This document shows positions 37,101 through 45,931 of a DNA stretch of 64,000 nucleotides, piece after piece. The translations under genes and the position numbers were made by a program. The stretch is from Bryobacterales bacterium (GTDB lineage: Bacteria; Acidobacteriota; Terriglobia; Bryobacterales; UBA6623). How positions within the stretch are numbered: position 1 is the stretch's first letter; each line of letters starts with the position of its first letter. Where the stretch lies: assembly GCA_965263255.1 (NCBI GenBank), contig CBDHHA010000008.1, positions 4,549,987 through 4,613,986 on the forward strand, read 5' to 3'. The notes below the pieces were generated by a model. That model was not told the origin of the DNA. It saw only the letters and a program-made list of their open reading frames with translations, and searched no databases.

Positions 37101-37555
37101 CTGCGGCCGTTCAGCGGCAGTTGGGTGACCTGCCTCTGGCTGACAGTGTGCCCGACCGACGCCGTTTCTGTGTCGATCGCGGCCGCGACTGCGGCCACCT
37201 CGATCGTCTCGGTGACCTCGCCGATGACCATGTCGAAATCGATCCGCAGGGTTTGGTTGACGTTCAGGCGGACATTAGTTCGCCGGGCCTGCTGGAAGCC
37301 CTCGGAGTTGGCTTGCACCGTGTAGAGTCCGACCGGCAGGAACGGGAATGTGTAATCGCCGCTCTCGTTGGTGGAGGATTCCCGGGTGAGGCCCGTCTCC
37401 TCATTGACCACGCTTACTCCAGCTCCCGGCACTACCGCGCCACTGGTGTCGCTGATCGTTCCGTTGATTTGGCCAGTGGCCGTCTGGGCGCTCAGCGCGC
37501 CTGCGAAAAGTGCTCCCACTAGCAGCGTCAGCGCTAGAGTTCGTACAGTTCTCAT
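34148..37555 (-). CDS. TonB-dependent receptor-like outer-membrane protein with CarboxypepD_reg domain (TBDR-2)
   Basis: Signal peptide MRTVRTLALTLLVGALFAGALSAQ. CarboxypepD_reg motif GQINGTISDTSGAVVPGAGVSVVNEETG...GLYTVQANSEGF. It ends in ...GLKVVW and is a paralog of TBDR-1. Confidence 0.85.
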   Translation of the reverse strand: MRTVRTLALTLLVGALFAGALSAQTATGQINGTISDTSGAVVPGAGVSVVNEETGLTRESSTNESGDYTFPFLPVGLYTVQANSEGFQQARRTNVRLNVNQTLRIDFDMVIGEVTETIEVAAVAAAIDTETASVGHTVSQRQVTQLPLNGRSFLQLLFLGNGAVETSGEQASMRRDAGGAISINGARPTSNNYLLDGTSNTDTALGTPAAILSIDAIQEFKEQTATYSAEYGFSANQINIVSKTGTNELHGTLFHFLRNDALDASTFFNNLSDTPKNPLRQNQFGFVAGGPAVRNKTFWLANFEGRRTRRASLAFLNVPTQDQLDGIFTGYQGPNRDAMPLPVLDPLSGPVGAPTVPFPDNRVPKSRNSRLANLVVSKFIPSPNSSSDRGNYLRQRSLPTDVDQYTIRVDQNLGRWGNLFGRFTNSDYTAITLGNTTDLGDVFFVQETENWQISHTVPLGATFVNESRFGYVRALANQHGALAEQSDIDTLALSGVFTNLNEEQRSYPGVGFGGNGSGLSGGGSAVNDYQASNQPMWDISNGSTWIRGNHTFKFGANFRQWSLQRDLANDFLGQFTYRGFFTGDANWDHAVADMLLGYYSNASVFQPGGFAVGDQAGNPRDFNFLYFAPYFQDDWKVNSRLTLNLGLRYDFRTVPNETNDRMGWRDLANPAGGLMVADQNLVDKGIVGDQSYYRFAGRPNPYDASRRVLAPRFGFAFRPFDDEKTVIRGGFGVFFDSAEGREIDGASDIYPYVSRGLYQQTVAGGEGPGNTLRSSDNMFPAIRVGDPADPAFNTFLAVSMSPEPRNPYVTQWTFGLQRALDSTTIIDFSYVGTKGTHLLMRRNIAQALQMQDPVFCGTPGNEGLRDCPVAARKPHPNFGVYIDSDWSGVSSYNAFNFKFEKRTSTMIFTSAYTWSKSLDTKSAAAGIGRGGAVAGWQGFLDNHDFRRDYGLSDFNVDHRLVTSFVYELPFGRGKRFLSGIPAIANHVLGGWQINGIVTFQDGFPMTIQAADLGGLNDTFGTNRANVVGDHELAASQRTIDRWFNTDAFEQPARGILGNSGRSIMEAPGINNFDTGLFKNFFVTERLSVQLRLESFNAFNHTQWSPPNRNRASPNFGRITGTRAARINQMGLKVVW

Positions 37556-38126
37556 CGTGAATTGATTCCCCTTGACAAGAATTCGAATGCCGACCGGCGA
37601 ATGCTGCCGGTCGCTCAGTGGGCATGGCCTGCACGGCCCGTACCGCAGTGAAGTATAGCCGACCCGCAGGGGTTCGGCAAGCGTGATTTACTAATTTTAC
37701 ATTTGGGCCGCTATGCATCGTCCGCAGGCCTTGCCGCTTCTGTGGTCCGCCCTTCGTGCAATCCACTCTGCGAGGCGGTCGCGGGTCACAGATGTTAACC
37801 CGGGCCCCGTGCTGTCTCTGGAACTCGAGCCCCAAATGCGAGCGAGTGGATTGTCTCGAGTGTTGCCGCCCCCGCGGCTGCTGAGCTGCGTGGCCTCGAC
37901 CGGCCTGCCGCCGACAAGCAGCGGACACTGCCCAGCCCGGCCACGCGACCACCATATGTCCCGGCTCCAGTCCCCTCCTCGACGTGTGGTCAGGGGCGTC
38001 GCGTGCCCGCAGGCTTGACCGGTAGCGAGATGAGCCGAGGCTCGACTGCAGCATCCCGGCCGGCGGCAGCTCGCGGCGGAGCGTGGACCTTGCATGCAGG
38101 ATCGCTCGCAACGAGCCGGCATGGGA

Positions 38127-38687
38127 TCACTTTCCGCTCGCCTTGGCCCAGGCGGCCCACTGCTTGCGCCGCTCTTTCGGGTCAGTCTCGGAATCGATCA
38201 GCGCCATCACGCGTCCTTCGATTCCACTCGAATCCAGGGACTTCGCGAGGTGCCCCAGTGCTGTGATCACGTCCGTGCGCACCAACCCAGCGTTCTTTGC
38301 CTCGATGCACTCCTCGTACCGTTGCGCAAGCGCATCCACGACTAGCGCAGCGCGGTCGGAGCCGGCAAGGCCGATCCGCCACAGCGATTGGAGCGCGTGC
38401 CGTGCCGTCACTGTCTTCGGGTCGCGCATGATTGCGGCTACCGATTGGAAGTCCCGGATCATCCTCGACTCCGGATCGCTGATCGCGAGGCGCGCCAGAA
38501 GCTGCGCAGCGAACGAGCGCCTCGCTCCGTCACGATGGCTCAGTTCCGCGAGCATTCGGTCCCAGACGTCGTAGGCCCAGTTGACTGGCTGCTCGGTCAT
38601 CGCGAACAGCTCCACCAGAGCCTGGTACGAAGCCCCGCGATCGGAGGAGAAGCGGGCTTCGAACAGAGCCTCAATCCGTTGTTCCAC
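38127..38687 (-). CDS. Hypothetical all-helical (HEAT/ARM-like) protein
   Basis: The 186-aa ORF has host-like codon bias and no signal peptide. I see no recognisable catalytic motif. The helical-repeat impression is by eye only. Confidence 0.5.
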   Translation of the reverse strand: MEQRIEALFEARFSSDRGASYQALVELFAMTEQPVNWAYDVWDRMLAELSHRDGARRSFAAQLLARLAISDPESRMIRDFQSVAAIMRDPKTVTARHALQSLWRIGLAGSDRAALVVDALAQRYEECIEAKNAGLVRTDVITALGHLAKSLDSSGIEGRVMALIDSETDPKERRKQWAAWAKASGK

Positions 38688-38955
38688 TGCTCAGGCCTCA
38701 CTTGCGGCGTTGGGACGAAGCGACACCAACGCGTCCCGGAAGAACGGCTCCTCGCGAATTGCGCGTGGAGCCCCGGCAGCCCCCTGGCACCCGGGATGGC
38801 GGAAGGGCAGGCTCATCAAGGCCAGCCGGCACCGGACCGTCCACCGACCTCCAGCATCCTGTCTGATTGCGACGCCGCGGCAAGGCCGGACCGGCTCGAA
38901 CGCAGGCTGATGCCTGATCCCACGGGCTCCTGGCGCTGCCCCAACGTCCTTCATG

Positions 38956-40692
38956 TCAGCCGAAGCTCTGGGCACTGACGATTCCTTCCCCTTCCCGCAG
39001 GACCAGCAGCCGGTCAGCCGCTACCGGCCCGATCCTCTCCACCTCCCCGGTCGGCCACCGGATATCGATGCTCGCCTCGGTGGCGTCGCCCAGGCCGAAA
39101 TGGAGACGCCGGTCGTTGACGGAGTAGAAGCTCGATTGCGCCTGTACCGATTGCGTCTGCACGGCGTTCCCGTAGCGGGCCGTGACGCGCGCGCCTATCG
39201 CCGCCCGGTTCGAGGTCGTGCCCACGAGCAGGACCTTCAACCAGTGCCTTTCGCTGCTGACATCGTTGCGTAGCAGCGATGGCGGCTCGTTCATGTTCAC
39301 GACCAGGATGTCCATGTCGCCGTCATTGTCGAAGTCCCCGAAGGCGCAGCCCCGCGAGGAATGCAGGGCAGTCACGCCCGGCCCGGCTTGGTCGATGATC
39401 TGCTCGAACCTGCCCCCTCCGAGATTTCGGAACACGCACCGGGGGGTCTTATACGGGTAGCGGGGCAGGCTTGCTTCCAGTTCCGGATATACGCTGCCGG
39501 TCACTAGGAAGATGTCCGGCAGTCCATCGTTGTCGAGGTCGACCATTCCCGCCCCCCAGGCGGTGAAGCGCGTCTCCACTCCGATCCTGGCTGCCAGCGT
39601 CACATCGAAGAACGAAGCGCCGCCGTCGTTGCGGTAGAGCACGTCAGTGTCGTCGGAGAAGTGCGTCTTGAAGATGTCCAGGTCGCCATCGAGATCGTAG
39701 TCGGCGACGCCTAGGCCCATGCCGGCCTGCTCCTGGCCGTCCTCGTTCATGGCGACCCCGCGGAACAGTGCGTCCTCGGTGAACGTGCCGTCCCGATTGT
39801 TCTGGAAGTAGAAGCTCGGGGACGAGTCGCACGCGACATAAATGTCGGCCCAGCCGTCGTCGTCATAGTCCGCCGCCACCGCTGTCATTCCGTAGGAGCG
39901 GCGGGCAGAGGCGATCCCGGTTTCGTCGCTGACGTCGGTGAAGTGACCGTCGCCATCGTTGCGATACAGGTAGCAGCGGGCCGGCGGCAGCCCCCGGGGG
40001 CCGCAATTGACGGGCACGCCCTCGTAGAAGCAGAAGTCATGCTCGCCGGGCTTCGGAGTCGTTTCGGGATCGAACTCCAGATAGTTGGCAACGAACAAGT
40101 CCAGATGGCCGTCCCTGTCGTAATCGACCCAGGTGCATCCGGACCCCCAGCGTCGGTCCGGCCGGAGCAGTCCTGCCTGCTCCGTCACGTCCTCGAAGCC
40201 GCCCTTGCCGTTGTTTCGATACAGCACGTCCTGCCCCCAGTACGTAATGAAGAGATCGTCGTAGCCGTCGTTGTCGTAGTCGCCGACGGTTACGGCGGAC
40301 GCCCAGCCGCTGCGTTGCAAGCCGGCTTCCTCCGTGACCTCTCGGAACGTGCCGTCCCGTTCGTTCCTGTACAGCCGGATTGACTTCTCCGGCCCGTCTG
40401 CGCCCAAGCGCGCCCCGGACAGCAGGAGCACGTCCAGCCAGCCGTCGTTGTCGTAGTCCAGGAACGCGCAGCCGCAGCCGATCGCCTCAAGGATGAACGT
40501 CGTCTTGGCGGGATCGCCGTAGATGACCGGCTCCGTCAGGCCGGCTTCGGCGGCTATGTCGGTCAGCGTGCACTCGAACGGGATCCCTGACGGGCGCGCC
40601 CGGCGCTGCGGCTGCACGTTTCGGACGGCCGGCCCCTGCGCGAGCAGGGGCGAGGCTGCGAGGCTTAGCCAGCTGCGGCGCGTCCATCTCAC
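38956..40692 (-). CDS. CRTAC1/ASPIC-UnbV family FG-GAP repeat protein, paralog 4
   Basis: Leader MRWTRRSWLSLAASPLLAQ has an RR motif. Repeats include LYRNERDGTFREVTEEAGL and DYDNDGYDD. The C-terminus is NRAAIGARVTARYGNAVQTQSVQAQSSFYSVNDRRLHFGLG. Confidence 0.85.
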   Translation of the reverse strand: MRWTRRSWLSLAASPLLAQGPAVRNVQPQRRARPSGIPFECTLTDIAAEAGLTEPVIYGDPAKTTFILEAIGCGCAFLDYDNDGWLDVLLLSGARLGADGPEKSIRLYRNERDGTFREVTEEAGLQRSGWASAVTVGDYDNDGYDDLFITYWGQDVLYRNNGKGGFEDVTEQAGLLRPDRRWGSGCTWVDYDRDGHLDLFVANYLEFDPETTPKPGEHDFCFYEGVPVNCGPRGLPPARCYLYRNDGDGHFTDVSDETGIASARRSYGMTAVAADYDDDGWADIYVACDSSPSFYFQNNRDGTFTEDALFRGVAMNEDGQEQAGMGLGVADYDLDGDLDIFKTHFSDDTDVLYRNDGGASFFDVTLAARIGVETRFTAWGAGMVDLDNDGLPDIFLVTGSVYPELEASLPRYPYKTPRCVFRNLGGGRFEQIIDQAGPGVTALHSSRGCAFGDFDNDGDMDILVVNMNEPPSLLRNDVSSERHWLKVLLVGTTSNRAAIGARVTARYGNAVQTQSVQAQSSFYSVNDRRLHFGLGDATEASIDIRWPTGEVERIGPVAADRLLVLREGEGIVSAQSFG

Positions 40693-40947
40693 GGAATGTG
40701 GCCCGGAACGGCTAGGTTACCAGTGGCTGGGGCGGCGCGACCCGACCCGTGGCGAGGGACGGGCATCGACAGCCGCACGAGGCTCGCGACCTTCAACTGC
40801 GATCGGCGATGTTGCGGCCGGTCAGGCGGCGTATCTTTGCCTGTTCCAGTGGATGAGACGCGCGAAGGCCCTGCCTCGACGTTGGCGCCGACCGCCCCCG
40901 GCGACGGCTAAGCCACCGCTGGCCGCCGACGAGCCAGGCTCCGCACC

Positions 40948-42234
40948 CTACAGCGACGGCGCGTCGAAAAGGATTCCGCCGAACAGGAGCCAGGCGATGA
41001 CCAGCGTCCACAGGATATTGACGCCCTGCGCGAGCAGGAACGCGATGGCCGGCCGCCCCTCGTCCATTGCCACCAAGTCCCGGAACCGTGTCTCGAGGCC
41101 GATGCAGACGAATGCCAGCGCGAACCACCAGGTGCGCAGCCCCCGCATGAGGCCCTTGGTCGAGTCGACGAATTCCGGGCTCAGCGCGAACGAGAACAGC
41201 AGCGAAGCGGCGATGAAGCCCAGCACGAACTTCGGGAAGCGTTCCCAGATGATCGAGGGGGATGCCTTCTCCCCGGTCGCCGCCCCCGCCCGGAGCGTCC
41301 ACCAGACCGACAGCGCGAAGGCCGCCAGGCCGAGCATTGCGTTCTGCGAGAACTTGACGATTACCGCGGCGTTCATCGCCGCGTCCCCGACGATCTCCCC
41401 TGCCGCGACGACCGCTCCGGAGGTGTCGATCGTTCCTCCGAGCCACGCCCCCCCGACGACCGGAGGGATTTCCAGCCAGCCAATGATCCACGGCATGACC
41501 AGCATCATCGGAATGGCAACAATCAGCACCAGCGACGTGACATAGGAGAGCTTCTTGCGATCGCCTTGGATCGCCCCGCATGCGGCGATCGCGGCGGAGA
41601 CGCCGCAAATCGAGACTGCGGTCGCCAGCATCGCCGAGAATTCGTCGTCGACCCGCAGCTTGCGGGCGATCCAGAAACAGGCGTACCAGATCACGAGGAT
41701 GACAAGGAGCGCCTGGCCAATCCCCAGCAGTCCCGCCTGGAGGATGTCGCCGATCAGGATGTTCGAACCGAGAATGACGAGTCCGGTCTTGATGTAGTAC
41801 TCGGTGCGCACGGCCTGGCGCATCCACTGCGGAACTGCCAGCACGTTGGAAATCAGCAAGCCGAGCAGGAGGGCCGTGATCACGTAGGTGAGGCCCCACT
41901 CCTTCATCGCGGAGTGCCCCGCTACGAACTGTGAGAGCCAGGCCAGCAGGAAGACCGCGGGGAATCCCAGAGCGAAGGCCTTTAAGGACCCTCCCATGAG
42001 CAGGGTGCCAGCCCCCGCCACGGCCAGGAAGAGCGCCGCCAGCACGCCTGTGGCCGCGAGGTTGCCGGGAGCTAGGACCGTGCCAGCCGCGCCGCCCTCC
42101 CAGCCGAAGCCCGGCAGAGCGGGCTGGACTCCCGCGAGGGCCAGCAGGATGAGCGCGAATCCCAGCCAGCACGCAACCCAGTCCTCGGACTTCAGGAGGC
42201 TCGTGAGACGGCCGTGGCTGTCCGCTGCGTTCAT
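40948..42234 (-). CDS. YeiH/UPF0324-like putative sulfate-exporter family membrane protein
   Basis: It is polytopic. The motif TAVSICGVSAAIAACGAI resembles the conserved ICG-x-SAI segment of the YeiH family. At 428 aa it is longer than typical members. Confidence 0.6.
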   Translation of the reverse strand: MNAADSHGRLTSLLKSEDWVACWLGFALILLALAGVQPALPGFGWEGGAAGTVLAPGNLAATGVLAALFLAVAGAGTLLMGGSLKAFALGFPAVFLLAWLSQFVAGHSAMKEWGLTYVITALLLGLLISNVLAVPQWMRQAVRTEYYIKTGLVILGSNILIGDILQAGLLGIGQALLVILVIWYACFWIARKLRVDDEFSAMLATAVSICGVSAAIAACGAIQGDRKKLSYVTSLVLIVAIPMMLVMPWIIGWLEIPPVVGGAWLGGTIDTSGAVVAAGEIVGDAAMNAAVIVKFSQNAMLGLAAFALSVWWTLRAGAATGEKASPSIIWERFPKFVLGFIAASLLFSFALSPEFVDSTKGLMRGLRTWWFALAFVCIGLETRFRDLVAMDEGRPAIAFLLAQGVNILWTLVIAWLLFGGILFDAPSL

Positions 42235-42298
42235 CGAGGCGCCTCTCGATCAGGTTCTCGGGCAGCTCCCGCTGCGCCAGAGCGGGGCATCTGCAGCC

Positions 42299-43897
42299 TC
42301 ATGTCGCTTTCTCGGCCCCTAGTCCGGTGTTCGCGCGGACAGTCAGCTCGACGTACTTGTCTTCCGCCGACGGCTCGCGCGAGAAGACCGAGCCCAGCCA
42401 GGCGGCGACGAACCCGAGCGGGATGCTGATGATGCCGGGGTTCTTGAGAGGGTACAGCGGCTGGGACTGGATCATCCGACGGGCGCTCTCCGCCACCTCC
42501 GGGCCGTCAATGCCCATGAAGCTCGGGCTGACCAGGATTAGCCCTACCGACGAGAGCAGGCCCGCGGCCAGGCCCCACACCGCCCCTCGCGTCGTGAAGC
42601 GCTTCCAGTAGAGCGAGAACAGGATGACCGGGAGGTTCGCCGAGGCCGCTACGGCGAAAGCGAGACCCACGAGGAATGCGACGTTCGCGTCGGGCCCGAG
42701 GCCGATCGCGATCAGGATCGACACGGCGCCCACGACGAACGCCGTCCAGCGCGCGACCCGGACCTCCTCGCCCGGTGCGCGCTCCTTGCCGTGGTGGATC
42801 ACGTTCGAGTAGAAGTCGTGAGCGAACGAGGTCGAGGCGCTGATGGTCAGACCAGCCACCACTGCCAGGATCGTTGCGAAAGCCACGGCGGAGATGAACG
42901 CGAAGAACACATCGCCAGCCAGCGCCTGGGCGAGGAGCGGGGCGCTCATGTTCGTGCCGCCGTTCGCCGTGATCGTCGCCGGCCCTAGGATGGTCGCGGC
43001 TCCGAATCCCAGGAAGGTGGTCATGATGTAGAAGGCTCCGATCAGGACCATTGCCCAGAAGACGCTGACGCGCGCCGTCTTGCCGTCGGGAACGGTGTAG
43101 AAGCGAATCAGGATGTGCGGCAGGCCCGCCGTCCCGAAGATCAGCGCCATTCCCAGCGAGATCAGGTCGAGGGCGCCGAATGGCGGCTTGTAATAGCGGC
43201 CCGGCGTCAGGAAGTCTTGGGTGGTCTCGGTGCCTCCGGCCTGGACCGTCACGGTGCCCGCCGCGTCGAAGAATGCCCCGAGGCTGAACCCGAAATGGGC
43301 CATTACCAGGACGCTGAGCAGGAAGGTTCCGCTCATCAGGAGCACGGCCTTCACGATCTGCACCCAAGTGGTCGCCAGCATTCCGCCGAACACCACGTAG
43401 ACGATCATCAGAATGCCCACGCCGGTGACCGCTCCGGTGTAGCCGATGCCGGAGTCGGCCAGCAGCAGACTTACGAGGGCCCCGGCCCCGACCATCTGGG
43501 CGATCATGTAGAACGTCGAGACGGTGAGCGTGCTCAGGGATGCCCAGGCTCGGACCGGGCGCTCCCGGAGCCGGTACGCAAGCACGTCGGCCATCGTGTA
43601 CTTGCCGGTATTGCGGAGCGGCTCGGCCACGACCAGCAGCACGGTCAGGTACGCCACTAGGAAGCCGACCGAGTACATGAATCCGTCGTAGCCGTAGAAC
43701 GCGATCAGGCCCGCGATCCCCAGGAACGAGGCCGCGCTCATGTAATCACCGGAAATGGCCAGCCCGTTCTGCCACCCGCTGATGCGGCGGCCCGCCGCGA
43801 AGTAGGCGCTGGCGCCAGCGGACCGGCCTGCGGCCCAGTAGGTGATTCCCAGCGTGGCGGCGATGAACGCCAGGAACATCAATAGCGGTAGCGACAT
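42299..43897 (-). CDS. actP: Cation/acetate symporter (SSS family)
   Basis: YFAAGRRISGWQNGLAISGDYMSAASFLGIAGLIAFYGYDGFMYSVGFL is the ActP-type opening. It is paired with an upstream DUF485 gene, with a stop-N1-ATG junction. Confidence 0.85.
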   Translation of the reverse strand: MSLPLLMFLAFIAATLGITYWAAGRSAGASAYFAAGRRISGWQNGLAISGDYMSAASFLGIAGLIAFYGYDGFMYSVGFLVAYLTVLLVVAEPLRNTGKYTMADVLAYRLRERPVRAWASLSTLTVSTFYMIAQMVGAGALVSLLLADSGIGYTGAVTGVGILMIVYVVFGGMLATTWVQIVKAVLLMSGTFLLSVLVMAHFGFSLGAFFDAAGTVTVQAGGTETTQDFLTPGRYYKPPFGALDLISLGMALIFGTAGLPHILIRFYTVPDGKTARVSVFWAMVLIGAFYIMTTFLGFGAATILGPATITANGGTNMSAPLLAQALAGDVFFAFISAVAFATILAVVAGLTISASTSFAHDFYSNVIHHGKERAPGEEVRVARWTAFVVGAVSILIAIGLGPDANVAFLVGLAFAVAASANLPVILFSLYWKRFTTRGAVWGLAAGLLSSVGLILVSPSFMGIDGPEVAESARRMIQSQPLYPLKNPGIISIPLGFVAAWLGSVFSREPSAEDKYVELTVRANTGLGAEKAT

Positions 43898-43898
43898 G

Positions 43899-44219
43899 TC
43901 AGGCGGTGCCCTCCCCGCCTGCGTCCGCCCGTGCCTCGGCCAGGATCCGTTCGGACATGTCGTCGAATCGGCCGGCGTGGCGCATGTAGGCGTACGCGAC
44001 TGCCCAGGTCATCAGGAACTGGGAGAAGGCGAACAGGTAGGCCCAGTTCACGTAGCCCCAGACCTTGCGGGCCATCAGCTCGGGCCAGTACCCGACCAGC
44101 ACGGGCAGGGCGAAGTAGTAAGCGAGGAAGAACGCCGACAGTGCGATGACCGCCCGCGTCTTGAGGGCGATCATCTTCCTGTAGGACGGCAGCTTATGGA
44201 TGTGATCCCAGTCCGTCAT
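43899..44219 (-). CDS. DUF485 (YjcH-like) small membrane protein
   Basis: It has two predicted TM helices (AVIALSAFFLAYYFALPVLVGYW and WAYLFAFSQFLMTWAVAYAYM) and occupies the canonical position directly upstream of actP. The start is ATG 44219 or 44243. Confidence 0.7.
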   Translation of the reverse strand: MTDWDHIHKLPSYRKMIALKTRAVIALSAFFLAYYFALPVLVGYWPELMARKVWGYVNWAYLFAFSQFLMTWAVAYAYMRHAGRFDDMSERILAEARADAGGEGTA

Positions 44220-44293
44220 GGTGAGAGTCCCAACAGGATACATGGTCGGCCGGCCGGCCCGTTCTGCCGTCCGACTGCGGCGTCCGCGACCAT

Positions 44294-45931
44294 TCACCGG
44301 GTCCGCGGCGCGGGGGGAGCTGGCTCCGGGCCTCCGCCGCCGGCCATGTCGGCGGAAACCTGCCCGCGGATCCGGGCCAGGAGCCACTGCGCGGCCTGCC
44401 TCGGCGATTCCCCGCCCGTCTCGACCCTCAGGTTGGCGCGGGCCATGGTAGTGTCGTCGATCCGGTTCACCAGCCCGGAGAGGACTTCTAACAGGGCCGC
44501 GTTCGCGGAGGCGCTCGGCGACACCAGTAGGATCGCGTCGTAGGGTGGGAAGCCCTGCTTGGGATCGTCGAGCAGGATCAGCCCTCCCTCGGCCAGCCTT
44601 CCGTCAGTCGTGTACGCCGTGACCACGTCCACCTGTTCGTTCTTGACAGCGTCGAACATGTAGATCGGCTGCATGGGGCGCGTGGTCAGCGACTCCAGCC
44701 CATAAAGCCTTCGCAGCCGTGTCCATTCCGGCCGCCCGAAGACCTCCGGATCCCCGCCCACCTCCAGGCTCCGTCCCGACAGGTCGGCGATCGAGCCGAT
44801 CCCCAGCTCGCGCGCCCGGGCTTGCGTCATCGCCAGCGCGTAGTCGTTCCGGAATCCGAGGTGGCCGACCGATACGACTCCGTGCTGCTCGTGGAGGTAG
44901 CTGGCGACCTCGATCCGTGTCTGGACTCGGGGCGCTGGCTCGGCCCTCTTCATCAGCGTTGACCAAATCGTGCCCGTGTAATCGACATACGCGTCGACCG
45001 AGTCGCCTCGGAGCGCGTCGAAGAGAATCGTCGAGCCCATGCTGGGCAGGTTGGAGACCTCGGCACCCGCGCCTTCCAGGTACAGGCCGACGAGCTCCGC
45101 CAGCACGTGGCTCTCCACGAAGGACTTCGATCCAGTGACGAACTGCTGGCCTGCTAGCGGCAGGCTGCGGGCCTGTCCCGGCAGGTCGACCTCCTCGGCA
45201 CTGGCAGTCCTCGTTGCTCCGGCTCCAGGACGTGTCGGCCACAATGACCACGCTGCGGCCGCGACCAAGATGAAAGCCAGCAGGACCCCGATGCCCGCCG
45301 CGCGACGGTGCCGGCGCTGCTGCACGGCCTTCTCCACCGATCGCAAGGCCTGGTCTAGGACCAGCGCCAGCATCGCGGCGAAACCGCACCCGAACAGCGT
45401 CGTCGCATGGTTGCGGGTCTGCAGGCCCGTGAAGATATACGCACCCAGGCCGGAGGCACCGACGGCAGTCGCCAGCGTCGCTGTCCCTACGGTCCAAACG
45501 GTCGATGTCCGCAGGCCGGCCAGGATCACCGGCATCGCCAGCGGGAACCGGACTCGGAAGAGGATCTGTCGCTCGGTCATTCCGATGCCGCGCGCGGCCT
45601 CGACAACCTGGGCATCCGTGCCGGCCAGTCCTGTCACGGTGTTCTGCAGCAGAGGCAGCAGGGCGTAGACCGTCATCGCGATGAACGCGGGTGCGAAGCC
45701 GATCGCACCGCCCAGCATCGGAACCATCAGAGCTAGCAGTGCCAGGCTGGGGACGGTCTGTAGGATGCTTGCAACCGAGAGAACCCCGCTCTGGAGGCGG
45801 GTGCGCCGGCTCGCCACAATGGCGGTCGAAACTGCAATGGTCGCCGCCGCGAGAATCGCGCAGAGCGAGAGCAGGATATGGCCTGACAGCAGCTTCGGCA
45901 GCTCGGATAGGTTCTGCAGCAGGGAGCTCAA
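44294..45931 (-). CDS. Osmoprotectant (glycine betaine/choline-type) ABC transporter, fused permease and substrate-binding protein
   Basis: The N-terminal about 215 aa are a BPD-type permease with EAA-like loop VEAARGIGMTERQILFRVRFPLAMP. The C-terminal about 300 aa resemble an OpuBC/ProX-like binding domain (FVESHVLAELV...VDAYVDYTGT...DYALAMT). Confidence 0.8.
   Translation of the reverse strand: MSSLLQNLSELPKLLSGHILLSLCAILAAATIAVSTAIVASRRTRLQSGVLSVASILQTVPSLALLALMVPMLGGAIGFAPAFIAMTVYALLPLLQNTVTGLAGTDAQVVEAARGIGMTERQILFRVRFPLAMPVILAGLRTSTVWTVGTATLATAVGASGLGAYIFTGLQTRNHATTLFGCGFAAMLALVLDQALRSVEKAVQQRRHRRAAGIGVLLAFILVAAAAWSLWPTRPGAGATRTASAEEVDLPGQARSLPLAGQQFVTGSKSFVESHVLAELVGLYLEGAGAEVSNLPSMGSTILFDALRGDSVDAYVDYTGTIWSTLMKRAEPAPRVQTRIEVASYLHEQHGVVSVGHLGFRNDYALAMTQARARELGIGSIADLSGRSLEVGGDPEVFGRPEWTRLRRLYGLESLTTRPMQPIYMFDAVKNEQVDVVTAYTTDGRLAEGGLILLDDPKQGFPPYDAILLVSPSASANAALLEVLSGLVNRIDDTTMARANLRVETGGESPRQAAQWLLARIRGQVSADMAGGGGPEPAPPAPRTR

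Noticed and set aside
38691-38975. 94-aa minus-strand ORF filling the gap between CRTAC1-4 and the small helical protein
   Set aside because: It overlaps the CRTAC1-4 stop and has no SD or motif. Its composition (Arg/Ala/Gly/Pro) is typical of non-coding GC-rich sequence. I cannot exclude a small protein, but I have no support for one.
40793-42172. 459-aa alternative-frame ORF over the YeiH-like gene (similar cases at 47210..48319, 42507..43367 and 60952..61878)
   Set aside because: They are out-of-frame or antisense to polytopic transporter and reductase genes with clear family features. The products are arginine-rich nonsense.
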